Source: Polyangiaceae bacterium
GTDB lineage: Bacteria > Myxococcota_A > Polyangia > Polyangiales > Polyangiaceae
Length of the DNA: 64,000 nucleotides
Direction: 5' to 3'
NCBI GenBank assembly: GCA_046351325.1
Contig: JAXLYR010000002.1
Coordinates: 496,334-560,333, forward strand
Under the pieces are notes generated by a model. That model did no database searches, was not told where the DNA came from, and saw nothing but the letters and a program-made list of their open reading frames with translations. The translations under genes and the position numbers were made by a program. Each line of letters begins with the position of its first letter. The first letter of the stretch is position 1. This document shows, piece by piece, positions 10,111 to 19,148 of the stretch.

Positions 10111-10980
10111 ATGCCGACGCCGCGAGTTGCTTCCCTCCTGCTGGTCATGAGCCTTCCCCTCGCGGTCGCGTGCGCGGAGGGCGACACCCTGAACGCTGGC
10201 GGCCACGCCTCGGGCGCTGCTGGCGGCGGCCCTCCGACGAGCGGGGGCGGCGGCGCGGGCGCCTCGTCGTTCGGGGGTGATGGTCAAGGTGGTTCACCAA
10301 CTACGACGAGCTCCTCGTCGAGCTCCTCGAGCTCGAGCAGCTCGTCGAGCAGCACCTCGAACGGTGGCGCAGGCGGCGGGCCCGCCTGCTCGGAGCAGCC
10401 CTGCAAGCTCACAGAGCCGCAGTGCGGTTGCGACCCGAACCAGCAATGTACGGTCGACGCGAGCGGACGCTCCTGTATCCCTGAGGGCAGCGTCGCTTGG
10501 GGGCAGCCCTGCACGGGCAACAACTGCGCTCCCGGACTGCTCTGTCTACAGACCACTCCGACCGAGGCCACGTGCGGCAAGTTCTGTGACTCGGACTCCG
10601 ACTGCACTGCACCCGGCGGGCTCTGCATTCTCACGCTCAATGACGGCTCTGGCGGCGAGATCCCGAACGTCACGATGTGCACGGACAACTGCAACCCGCT
10701 CAACAACCTCGGCTGTGCGGTAGGGGGTTGTCAGATCCTGACGGAGTCTATGGGACTGATGCGGTCTCTCACGCTCTGCGTGGACGCTGGCGCGGGTACG
10801 CAGGGGGCGGCCTGCGTCGGCAACGAGGACTGCGCGCCGACCTTCGGGTGCTTCAACGACGGCATCAGCGATCTCTGCTTGAAGTGGTGCAATCTGGCGG
10901 CGCCGAGCTGCCCCGCCGCGACCACCTGCCTGGACGTGGCGGTGTCGCTGGGCGGGATCAACTATGGGGTCTGTTACTGA
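10111..10980 (+). CDS. Cys-rich repeat secreted lipoprotein with a 17-residue poly-Ser tract
   Basis: Lipobox LAVAC. A Gly-rich tether is followed by S17, then repeated C-x-D-x-D-C and CxxxC modules (about 30 Cys) resembling myxobacterial Cys-rich repeats. Confidence 0.7.
   Translation: MPTPRVASLLLVMSLPLAVACAEGDTLNAGGHASGAAGGGPPTSGGGGAGASSFGGDGQGGSPTTTSSSSSSSSSSSSSSSTSNGGAGGGPACSEQPCKLTEPQCGCDPNQQCTVDASGRSCIPEGSVAWGQPCTGNNCAPGLLCLQTTPTEATCGKFCDSDSDCTAPGGLCILTLNDGSGGEIPNVTMCTDNCNPLNNLGCAVGGCQILTESMGLMRSLTLCVDAGAGTQGAACVGNEDCAPTFGCFNDGISDLCLKWCNLAAPSCPAATTCLDVAVSLGGINYGVCY
10309..10359 (+). repeat. Homopolymeric Ser codon tract (17 x AGC/TCG) inside the CDS
   Basis: The nucleotide run agctcctcgtcgagctcctcgagctcgagcagctcgtcgagcagcacctcg encodes S17. 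Confidence 0.8.
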
Positions 10981-10992
10981 CGTACGTGTCTG

Positions 10993-11994
10993 TCAGTTCA
11001 AGATCTCGACCGCGCTCGCCGCGAAGTCCGCGCTGACCTCCGTCGAGTCGGTGCAGCCGCCAGCCATGTCCGTGGTGGAGCACCAATCACCCTTGAAGAG
11101 GATCACGTTGTTCGCGTCGCGCTTGCATTTCATCGTAGGGGCTTGGCCGTCTCCATAGGTCGTCGCGTCACCACTCAAGAGGACGCAGAGGCTCTGGTGA
11201 ACGGCTGCGATCTCGATTGTGTCCGCGTTCTCCAAGGTGATGTACGCGTGCACGTGGCCTCCTGGGACGAACGCGCTCACCACGTCGGTCGGCTGGCAAG
11301 AATCGCCGGGGCTGAGACCAGCGCTGTTGTAGAGGCCAATGCAGTTCTTGTCGGCGGAGAGTGTGCTGTCATCGAATTGCAGCTTGGATAGGGGCATGAG
11401 GAGGGGCTGGGTCGCCCCGTCGTCGAGGTAGAGCACGAGCGGCAGATCGACGCCTACCCCGGTCGCGAACGCGCCACTTGCATCCGGCGTCGCGTCGAGC
11501 ACGACCGGGTGAACGGTCACGTTGCCGACAGTCTCGTTATCGACGAAGGAGTAACCCGCGGAGGGATCCGCGACGGGTTTGGCGCCGCCCGTCTTGAGTG
11601 TGTGCGCGGCTGTATCGAACTGCATGAGCCAGCTGAACGTGCCAGTCCCAGGGAGATTGCAGCTCGCGAGCTTGGGTAGCGCGCCGCCGCTCAGCGTCCC
11701 ACCCACGATCCCAGCCGCGAAGGCCGATGGCTTCTGGAAGGTTACCTGCGACATCCGCAGGCCGAACTTCGTTGCGCCGTCATTGTCGGTGAGGCTGATG
11801 CAGTCGTGGCCCGCGTCGCAGCTCGCCTTTGGACTGCAGGGGTAGCTGCCGCCAGTCCCGACGCCGCCGCCCGCTCCCCCGGTGGCGCCGCTAGCGCCGC
11901 TGCCGCCCGCTCCCCCGCTGCCGTCGTCGCCGCACGCGCCGAGGACCCCCACGATCGCGATCACCCCTGTCAGACCCGAGACCCTTAAACTCAT
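10993..11994 (-). CDS. Hypothetical secreted lipoprotein
   Basis: Starts at MSLRVSGLTGVIAIVGVLGAC-GDDGSG with AGGAGG 8 nt upstream. A Gly-rich tether follows. The remainder looks beta-rich. Confidence 0.65.
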   Translation of the reverse strand: MSLRVSGLTGVIAIVGVLGACGDDGSGGAGGSGASGATGGAGGGVGTGGSYPCSPKASCDAGHDCISLTDNDGATKFGLRMSQVTFQKPSAFAAGIVGGTLSGGALPKLASCNLPGTGTFSWLMQFDTAAHTLKTGGAKPVADPSAGYSFVDNETVGNVTVHPVVLDATPDASGAFATGVGVDLPLVLYLDDGATQPLLMPLSKLQFDDSTLSADKNCIGLYNSAGLSPGDSCQPTDVVSAFVPGGHVHAYITLENADTIEIAAVHQSLCVLLSGDATTYGDGQAPTMKCKRDANNVILFKGDWCSTTDMAGGCTDSTEVSADFAASAVEILN

Positions 11995-12115
11995 CGGCGA
12001 TGCCTCCTGGCTCGATCGAGCCTTCGAACAAACCGCCAACATCGCACGCTCCGGCGCGCCTCGTCACGGGTCTTCTTGCCAATCTTCGTGTAGATGGTAT
12101 TACGCTGATAAAGTA

Positions 12116-12736
12116 ATGGCGCGCGAGCGCCCGCGAGGGACGAGGTCGATGCGAGAGCGGAGCGGGTGGTGGAGGGGGATTGCGGTTTGCGCAGCGCTCG
12201 GGGGAGCTGCTGCTCCGCTGATGTTGCCCGCCTCGGCGCAGGCCGAAGAGGGCGGCGTGATGATGCCCTCGGTGCGGTTCTCGGGGGGCACCCGCATTGG
12301 CGTCGACCGCGACGCCGGCGACGTTCACCCGGAGTTCGACGTCGACGTAGGCGCCACGTTGTTCGCCTTTCGAGCGCACGGTGACCAGCTCACGGCGCCC
12401 GCGCTCTTCATCATCCCCGAGGCCGGATACACGGGCTCGTTCGTCGATCTCCACCTGTTCAATCTCGGCTGCGACGTCGGTGGTGGTACGCCTCTATTCT
12501 TCGGCACGGTTCGACCGCGCTTGCTCGCGGGCTCCAGCGAGGGAGCCTCGGCGCTCGTCCTGGGGATGCGGAGCAGCGCCGTCTTTCACGGCTTCTACGA
12601 CATGTTCACGCTCGAGATCGGACACGAGTTCCTCTGGTATCGAGGGGACTTTCACCACTCGGTCAACGTCGCCGCAGGCGTGAACTTCATGGCCATTCTG
12701 ACGGCGGTTCTCGCTGATTCGTCGTCTCGGTGGTAA
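12116..12736 (+). CDS. Hypothetical secreted protein
   Basis: Signal peptide WWRGIAVCAALGGAAAPLMLPASAQA. High GC3. An alternative start is the ATG at 12149. Confidence 0.5.
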   Translation: MARERPRGTRSMRERSGWWRGIAVCAALGGAAAPLMLPASAQAEEGGVMMPSVRFSGGTRIGVDRDAGDVHPEFDVDVGATLFAFRAHGDQLTAPALFIIPEAGYTGSFVDLHLFNLGCDVGGGTPLFFGTVRPRLLAGSSEGASALVLGMRSSAVFHGFYDMFTLEIGHEFLWYRGDFHHSVNVAAGVNFMAILTAVLADSSSRW

Positions 12737-12754
12737 GCGAAGAGCGGGGCTCCG

Positions 12755-13390
12755 GTGGACGACAAAGACAAAGCGGCGCTCGCCAAGCGTGGGCTGAAGG
12801 CGATGGATTTGACGAAGTCGGGAGAGATCTCGAAGCGCGTCAAGAGCTCGGTCAAAGAGACAGCGGGCAACGTCGCGCTTCGCGGGCTCGCGGTCTTCGG
12901 TAAGAAGGAGAGCGAGCGTGAGGCGGCCGCGCCGCTCACGGACACGGGCCCGAGCTTCGAGTCCTTCGACAGGGGCGAGCTCGGTGGCTTCGATCGGCGG
13001 CTCGAGCAAGCCTTCAATCGACCCGCGGAGACCTGGGCCAAGGACGAGCTCGACGAGGCGCTCGCCGCGTCGCCCGCCGAGCGAAAATCCTCGCCGAAGA
13101 GCTCGCGTTCACCCGAGAGCTCGCGGTCGCGCAAGCGTGCGTCGGCTCCGTCGCTCGCGGAGCTGCGGCGCTCCTTTCCGCAAGAGTCGCGGCAGCTCGC
13201 GCAGCTCGTCTTCAGCTGCACCGATCTGCTCGAGGAGATCGCTCGCGGGGATCGTTCGACCTCGGTCGCCGAGCTCGAGCGGCGTGAGCAGATGCTGGCG
13301 CGCATCGCGGAGCTCCTCGAACCAAAGGCCTCGAGCGCGCTCGTCAGCTTCGTCGCGCATACGGTGAAGTTGAGCAAGGGCGCTCGCTAG
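12755..13390 (+). CDS. Hypothetical protein
   Basis: Clean ORF with coding-like composition that is Lys/Glu/Ser-rich. No motif recognised. Confidence 0.5.
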   Translation: MDDKDKAALAKRGLKAMDLTKSGEISKRVKSSVKETAGNVALRGLAVFGKKESEREAAAPLTDTGPSFESFDRGELGGFDRRLEQAFNRPAETWAKDELDEALAASPAERKSSPKSSRSPESSRSRKRASAPSLAELRRSFPQESRQLAQLVFSCTDLLEEIARGDRSTSVAELERREQMLARIAELLEPKASSALVSFVAHTVKLSKGAR

Positions 13391-13449
13391 CCGCGCCGAA
13401 CAGTCACACCCCATTCGGGATCTCGCTCTTGCCATGTAGGATGCCGCGC

Positions 13450-14157
13450 ATGGCGAAAGAACTGATCTCATATTCCGAAGGCGGTGAGGCGTTCGATGCG
13501 TTCATCGCGCGCCCCGCTGGCGCGGGTCCGCACCCCACCGTCCTCGTCTGTCACGCGTGGGGCGGGCGCGACGAGTTCGCCGAAGCCAAGGCCTCGGCGC
13601 TCGCCGAGCTCGGCTATATCGGCGCAGCGATAGACGTCTATGGAGTCGGCAAGCGAGGCACCGACACTGCGTCGTGCCAGGCGCTGATGATGCCGCTCGT
13701 GAGTGACCCGCCCAAGCTCCGTCGGCGGTTGGCAGCGGCCTTCGAGGCCGTGAGTGCGGTCGACGGCGTCGATCGCGGGCGCATGGGCACGATCGGCTTC
13801 TGCTTCGGGGGAATGTGCTCGATCCTGACGGCGCGCATGGGCCTGCCTCTACGAGGTGTCGTCGCCTTCCACGGGCTGCTCAAGATCGGCGAGAAGCTCG
13901 AGCACGACGCCAAGGCCCGCATCCTCGTCCTGCACGGTCAGGACGACCCTATGGCGCCCCCGGCCGATGTCGGGACATTCGCCGAAGAGATGAAGCGCAT
14001 CAACGCGAACTGGACTCTCGAGGCTTACGCGGGTGTAAAGCATGCCTTCACGAACCCGGTAGCGAACGACGCCTCGATGGGCCTGCTCTACGACAAAGAG
14101 GCCGATCGCCGGTCGTGGATCTCGATGAAGCGCTTCTTCCAGGATGTGTTCGAGTAG
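13450..14157 (+). CDS. Dienelactone hydrolase family protein
   Basis: VLVCHAWGG is followed by the GFCFGG nucleophile motif (G-x-C-x-G-G) and the His region LHGQDDP. The start was moved to MAKELISY. Confidence 0.85.
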   Translation: MAKELISYSEGGEAFDAFIARPAGAGPHPTVLVCHAWGGRDEFAEAKASALAELGYIGAAIDVYGVGKRGTDTASCQALMMPLVSDPPKLRRRLAAAFEAVSAVDGVDRGRMGTIGFCFGGMCSILTARMGLPLRGVVAFHGLLKIGEKLEHDAKARILVLHGQDDPMAPPADVGTFAEEMKRINANWTLEAYAGVKHAFTNPVANDASMGLLYDKEADRRSWISMKRFFQDVFE

Positions 14158-14181
14158 GCCGACGCGGGCGGGCGCTCTCGG

Positions 14182-15453
14182 TCAGGGTTGTACGCCAATC
14201 CCCGATACGATGTTCTCGTTGCCGCCCCCCAAATCGAAGACCCCGAGATCGTCGACAGTGCCGTCCTGTTTGAACTGGACCGAATAGACGCCACGCACGT
14301 CGGCGATCAGGGTGCGGCCGTCGAGAGGGCCTCGCTCGACGGAGGTGAGCGCGCCAGGCAGCTGGGGCGGCGCGCCAGCGTAGGGCAGCTCACCCCGCAG
14401 CGTGAGCGGCGCGGACGACGTCGGCTCGTAGTCGAAGACGAAGATCCCGTCGCCGAAGCCGCTCGTCACGATAACGGCGTTATCGAATGGCGACACGGCG
14501 ATGGAGTAGGGGTCATAGACGACGTCCTCGAGCGTCTGGGCGGCGCCGAGCCCGTCGGCGGTGACGGGGATCGCGGCCACGCGCTGAGCGGGCGGGCTGT
14601 AGTCATGATTGTCCGCGAGGATGACGTGCTTCTTCCCGCGCGTGAGGGCCATGTAGCTCGTAATGGCCTCGTCGTCGCCGAACGCGTCGGCGCTGGCGAC
14701 GACCGTGAAAGGCGCTGAGGACTGCGCGCGCTGGAGGTGCTCCACGTTCATCGCGTCGAGCGAGCGTGAGGCGAAGAGCAGATCCCCATTCGGTGCAAAG
14801 AACACGTCAACGCCGTTCTTCGCCGGGAGGGCGAGCGCGCCAGGGGTCAACACGCCGTCGCACGAGAGCAGAGAGGGATAGAGTCCGCCGCCTGACTCGG
14901 GCCAGTTGGGGTCGAGGATCCACAGGGTGGAAGAGGTCGGGTCGAGCGCGACGGACTCCGCGTAGAAGTCCCCGACCAGCCGGGGCACGACCACGGTCAC
15001 GGCGCCGCTCTGGTCGAGTCGGAAGACCCCAATCGAGCCGTCGTCCTGAATTGCAAAGCCGATAGCGCCGTCCGGTGTGAACCGAATTGGGCGGTCCGCG
15101 GGAGGGCCCATGGTGAAATGGGTGCCTGTCGTCGTGAGCTCACCGTCGCTCGCCAAAGAGAGCACCTCGTAGCTGCCTTCACCGTCGTAGGGATGTCCGA
15201 CGACGACGAAGCGTGCTTTGTCGGCTGGGCCCGGGTCGCGCGTGCAGCTGCTGCCGCCGCCCGCGCCGCCGAGGCTCTCCCCACCTGCGGAGCCGCTGGA
15301 ACCGCCCGCGCCGCCAACGCCACCGAACCCGCCCGCCGCAGGCGAGCCGCCGCCCCCCACGCCGGAGGAGTCGTCACCGCACGCGGTGCTCGCGAAGACC
15401 GTGAGGGCCGAGAACAAGAAGCCAATACGGGGATAAAAGATCGAGCGAAACAC
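14182..15453 (-). CDS. Hypothetical lipoprotein, possibly beta-propeller-like
   Basis: A GTG start gives MFRSIFYPRIGFLFSALTVFASTAC-GDDSSG. No ATG in this frame gives a signal peptide. A Gly-rich tether follows. Confidence 0.55.
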   Translation of the reverse strand: MFRSIFYPRIGFLFSALTVFASTACGDDSSGVGGGGSPAAGGFGGVGGAGGSSGSAGGESLGGAGGGSSCTRDPGPADKARFVVVGHPYDGEGSYEVLSLASDGELTTTGTHFTMGPPADRPIRFTPDGAIGFAIQDDGSIGVFRLDQSGAVTVVVPRLVGDFYAESVALDPTSSTLWILDPNWPESGGGLYPSLLSCDGVLTPGALALPAKNGVDVFFAPNGDLLFASRSLDAMNVEHLQRAQSSAPFTVVASADAFGDDEAITSYMALTRGKKHVILADNHDYSPPAQRVAAIPVTADGLGAAQTLEDVVYDPYSIAVSPFDNAVIVTSGFGDGIFVFDYEPTSSAPLTLRGELPYAGAPPQLPGALTSVERGPLDGRTLIADVRGVYSVQFKQDGTVDDLGVFDLGGGNENIVSGIGVQP

Positions 15454-15661
15454 CGAAGAACCCTTCGACTGGGTCGATTGGGCGTCAATCTGTCTTTCCG
15501 TGTTTGAGCAGCGGCGAAGCTCAGACAATGCAGGCACGCGAAACGACTGCGCGCTGCCGTCGGTCGATTGGCGCGTGTAGTCGGCGGAATTGGGCAATTG
15601 CTAATGGCATGTCATATGCACCATTGCGATATTCGAATACGAACAGCCGGAAGAGGACGAT

Positions 15662-16906
15662 ATGTTCAAGCGACGACAGCCCGATGTCCTCGTGGTCGGG
15701 GCCGGTCCAGTCGGCCTCGCGACCGCTCTCATACTGGCCAAACACGGCGTCTCGGTGGAGGTCATCGACGACGACGACGACACCAGCAGGCCCCCTTACA
15801 CCGTTGTCCTGCACCCTGCGACGACCGAAATCCTCGCTGGGCTCGGGCTCTCCGCCGAGCTGGCGACCCGCAGCACACCCGTCTCGCAGATTACAGTCTA
15901 CGACCGGGAGGAGCCGCGCGGGTCGCTGCGATTCGAGGATCACGGCGCTGGCGCGCCCGTGCTCACGTTGCCGTACGACCAATTCGTGGAGGTGCTCGAA
16001 CGGCGCGTTCGAGAGCACAAGATCCCCATTCACTTCCAACATCGGCTCTCCCAACTCGAGCTGATCGAACCACTTCGGATCAAGGCAGTCGTCGAGAAGT
16101 TGGGCGTCGACGGCGGTGGATACTCCATCCCCGACAGCCTGCTCGTCGTCGAGGACGAGATCGTCCTCGAGCCGAAGCTCGTAGTCGGCGCCGACGGATT
16201 CCACTCTACGGTGCGGCGGAGGGCGGGCATCGAGATGGATTCGATCGGCGCGCCGCACGCGTATGTCGAGGTCGAGCTCGAGACCCCGCTCGACGTCCAC
16301 GGCGAGGCCAGGGTCATCGTCGGCGACCAAACGACGGACGTGTTTTGGCCGGGCCGAGACGGCAAATGCAGGTGGGTGCTCGAGGTGAAGCCCGGCGACG
16401 TGCAGCCGCCGCGCTGGACGCCAGTGGGCACGCGCGAGGATCACGCAGTCCCGGCGGCTCTGGTCGAGCGCTACCTCGCGTCCCGCGCGCCGTGGTTCGG
16501 CGGCACTCGCGTCGAGCCGGACGATTACCTCGACGAGGTCCACTTCCAACCGGCGCTCGCGCGCGAGTTCGGCAAGGGCGTCGTATGGCTCGCTGGGGAC
16601 GCGGCGCACGTCACCGGCCCCATCGGGTCGCAGAGCCTCAACGCCGGCATCCAGGAGGGCAACGAGCTCGCGATGGCGGTGCTGCTCATGAAGCGCAACT
16701 TGGCGGACCTCAGCGTGCTCACGCACTACGACCGCGCAGGGCGCGAGCGCTGGCGGAGCCTGCTCGCGCTCGATTGGAGGCCCGAGCACGGCGCGCGCGC
16801 CGAACCGTACATTCGCGATCACGCCGCCGAGGTCCTGTCGGCCATTCCCGGCTCGGGCGAGGACTTCTGGCGACTCGCCCGCCAAGTCGGTATCGACGTC
16901 GTTTGA
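15662..16906 (+). CDS. FAD-dependent monooxygenase (UbiH/PheA-type aromatic-ring hydroxylase family)
   Basis: N-terminus DVLVVGAGPVGLATALIL. DG and GD motifs VVGADGFHSTVRR and WLAGDAAH. Confidence 0.85.
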   Translation: MFKRRQPDVLVVGAGPVGLATALILAKHGVSVEVIDDDDDTSRPPYTVVLHPATTEILAGLGLSAELATRSTPVSQITVYDREEPRGSLRFEDHGAGAPVLTLPYDQFVEVLERRVREHKIPIHFQHRLSQLELIEPLRIKAVVEKLGVDGGGYSIPDSLLVVEDEIVLEPKLVVGADGFHSTVRRRAGIEMDSIGAPHAYVEVELETPLDVHGEARVIVGDQTTDVFWPGRDGKCRWVLEVKPGDVQPPRWTPVGTREDHAVPAALVERYLASRAPWFGGTRVEPDDYLDEVHFQPALAREFGKGVVWLAGDAAHVTGPIGSQSLNAGIQEGNELAMAVLLMKRNLADLSVLTHYDRAGRERWRSLLALDWRPEHGARAEPYIRDHAAEVLSAIPGSGEDFWRLARQVGIDVV

Positions 16907-16910
16907 GGCG

Positions 16911-18105
16911 TCAGAACGGCGGGCGCGCGGCCTCGAGCAGCCAGCTCACGATCCGGTCACGGGCGACGACCTCGCGACCGGCGCGGCCGCGGACGTCGAC
17001 CTCACCTCGCTCGAGCTCGCGCGGTCCAATGACAATGATGTAAGGGATCTCGCGGGCGTGGGCGATCGCGACTCGCTTGCCGACGTTCTCGTCGCTCGCG
17101 TCGACGGCGGCCGCGAGCCCGTGCGCCGAGAGCTCTCGGCAGAGGACGCGCGCGGCCTCCTCCTCGCTCGCGCGCAGGGGCAGGACGACGACCTTGTCCG
17201 GTGAGAGCCACGCGGGCAGGCGCCCGCGGTGGTGCTCGAGGACGATCCCGAGGAAGCGCTCCAGGCTGCCGCAGAGGGCGCGGTGGAGCATCACCGGGTG
17301 TCGGCGCGCGCCCGAGGCGTCGGCGTACTCGACGCCGAAGCGCTCGGGGAGGAACGCGTCGAGTTGGATCGTCCCACACTGCCAAGACCGACCTGCGCGA
17401 TCGACGAGCGCGAGCTCGAGCTTCGGGCCGTAGAACGCGCCCCCGCCGGGAGAGACCTCGAAATCGAGGCCCGCGAGCCGCGCGCCCTCCGCGAGCGCGC
17501 GCTCCGCGCTGTCCCAGCTCTCGTCCCCACCGAGCCTGTCCGGCGGACGGCTCGCGAGCGCGACGTGGACCCGCTCGAAGCCGAACGCGCGGTAGAACTC
17601 GGGGATCGACGCACAGAAGCGGGCGATCTCCTCGACGGCTGCCTCCGGCGCCGAGAGGATGTGCCCGTCGTCTTGAACGAACTGTCGCAAGCGGAAGAGG
17701 CCCGCGAGCGCACCGCTCTGTTCGTTGCGATGACAGACGCCGAGCTCGGAGAGCCGAAGCGGCAAATCGCGATAGGAGAGCGACATGCGCCGCGCGATCG
17801 CGAGGTGTCCGGGGCAGCTCACTGGCTTGAGCGCGGACGCGAGGCCGTCCTCCTCACCGAGGACGAACATGTTCTCGCGGAAGTGCTGCCAATGACCGCT
17901 GCGCTCCCATATCGGCTGTCGGAGGAGCTGCGGACTCTTTACTTCGATGTAACCGTGTCGGCGCACATAGCGGCGATTGGCCTCTTCGAGCTCTCGCAAG
18001 AGCGAGAACCCGCGTGGGTGCCAAAACACCATCCCTGGAGCCTCCTCCTGGAAGTGGAAGAGCTCGAGGCGTTTACCGATGCTGCGATGATCGTCGTGAT
18101 CCATG
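16911..18105 (-). CDS. Threonyl-tRNA synthetase paralogue, N-terminally truncated (catalytic plus anticodon-binding domains only, about 398 aa)
   Basis: Collinear with E. coli ThrRS residues ~243-642 (DHRSIGKRLELFHFQEEAPGMVFWHPRGF; Zn ligands CPGH and CHRNE; anticodon domain KVVVLPL...GKRVAIAHAREIPYIIVIG). There is no TGS/N2 editing region. The ATG at 18105 is preceded by GGAGAG. Confidence 0.85.
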
Positions 18106-18364
18106 GCGGTCTCTCCGGTGGGTTTGTCGTCCCGAGGGCTCCGCGCGGACACGTGCACAAAAGCGAGCGCCCCGCGCGGCGAGTGCCGGCGGGGCGTTGT
18201 TCGTTCCTGTGGCGCGACCTCAGTCGGCGCACACGACGAGCACCCCGCCGTAGCGGGTAGTGGTCGTCGAGGGCGAGGCGTGAGGAGGCATGATGGCTTT
18301 ACGACGTCTCGCGCACCGCGAGCCTGACGAGGCTCGATCAGGGGTAGGCTGCGCCCGAGGAGCC

Positions 18365-19114
18365 ATGAACTCGAGGATTGGCGGGTCTCGCTATTGGGTA
18401 ATCGCGGCTGCGTGGTTCGTGGGGTGCTCGCCTTCACGCGGGCCCGAGGCTGGGCCTGATTCGCAGCCGTCGGCGACGAGCAGCGTCGAAGCGCGAGCCT
18501 CTGCGAGCGCGCCAGGGGCGACCACTTCGAGCGCGTCGAACACAGCGAGCGCTCCAATCCCCAGCGCTTCGCAGGCCGCGTCGACGGCCCTCGCAGAAAC
18601 GCCCCCGCCGAATTTCTCCGCGATCCCCGAGAAGCGCAAAGGAGCCTTCCCCGGTGTGCCCTTCAAGAAGGTTCGCGCCTTCGCGTTCGACCTCGAGGTC
18701 AACGGTCGCCCCGTCTGTTCGATGCCCCTCGACCCGGATGGCACGCTCTGCAGCACGGTCGCGCGACCCGGCGTCGAGCTGAGCGCCGAGCAGACGAAGT
18801 CGCTCCTCGCGTTGCTCAAGCAATCCTCGACCTACGGCGGCGGGTCGAAGTGCTTTCTGCCCCACCACGGCTTCGTCTTCTACGCGGAGGACGACACGCC
18901 CGTCGCAGAGATCTCGCTCTGCTTCATGTGCGAGATGATCCTGCCGTTGCCTGCGATCTCCGGCGCGACGCCGAGTGGCGAGGGTGAGGGACTCGTCGGC
19001 CTCTCGGAGAAGGGCACGAAGTCGCTGCGTAAGCTCTGCAGCGAGCTCGGCTTGCCGAAGTGCGACGCGCGCACCCCCGACGACTACTCGGGTGGGCTGC
19101 TCGATCCTCCGTGA
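18365..19114 (+). CDS. Hypothetical lipoprotein
   Basis: MNSRIGGSRYWVIAAAWFVGC-S lipobox, a Ser/Ala-rich linker, then a Cys-containing domain. Confidence 0.55.
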   Translation: MNSRIGGSRYWVIAAAWFVGCSPSRGPEAGPDSQPSATSSVEARASASAPGATTSSASNTASAPIPSASQAASTALAETPPPNFSAIPEKRKGAFPGVPFKKVRAFAFDLEVNGRPVCSMPLDPDGTLCSTVARPGVELSAEQTKSLLALLKQSSTYGGGSKCFLPHHGFVFYAEDDTPVAEISLCFMCEMILPLPAISGATPSGEGEGLVGLSEKGTKSLRKLCSELGLPKCDARTPDDYSGGLLDPP

Positions 19115-19148
19115 GCTCGCCCGCCCGCCCGAATCCGCTTGAATCGGG

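Noticed and set aside
9119-10287. Minus-strand ORFs 9119..10087 and 9637..10287 overlapping the PYP gene and the downstream gap
   Set aside because: Arg-rich junk composition. They overlap a well-supported gene, and the remaining 9815-10110 is treated as intergenic.
15521-16885. 454-aa antisense ORF opposite the FAD monooxygenase, and the 491-aa ORF 15568..17043
   Set aside because: Shadow ORFs (Arg/Gly-rich). The monooxygenase frame has conserved FAD motifs.
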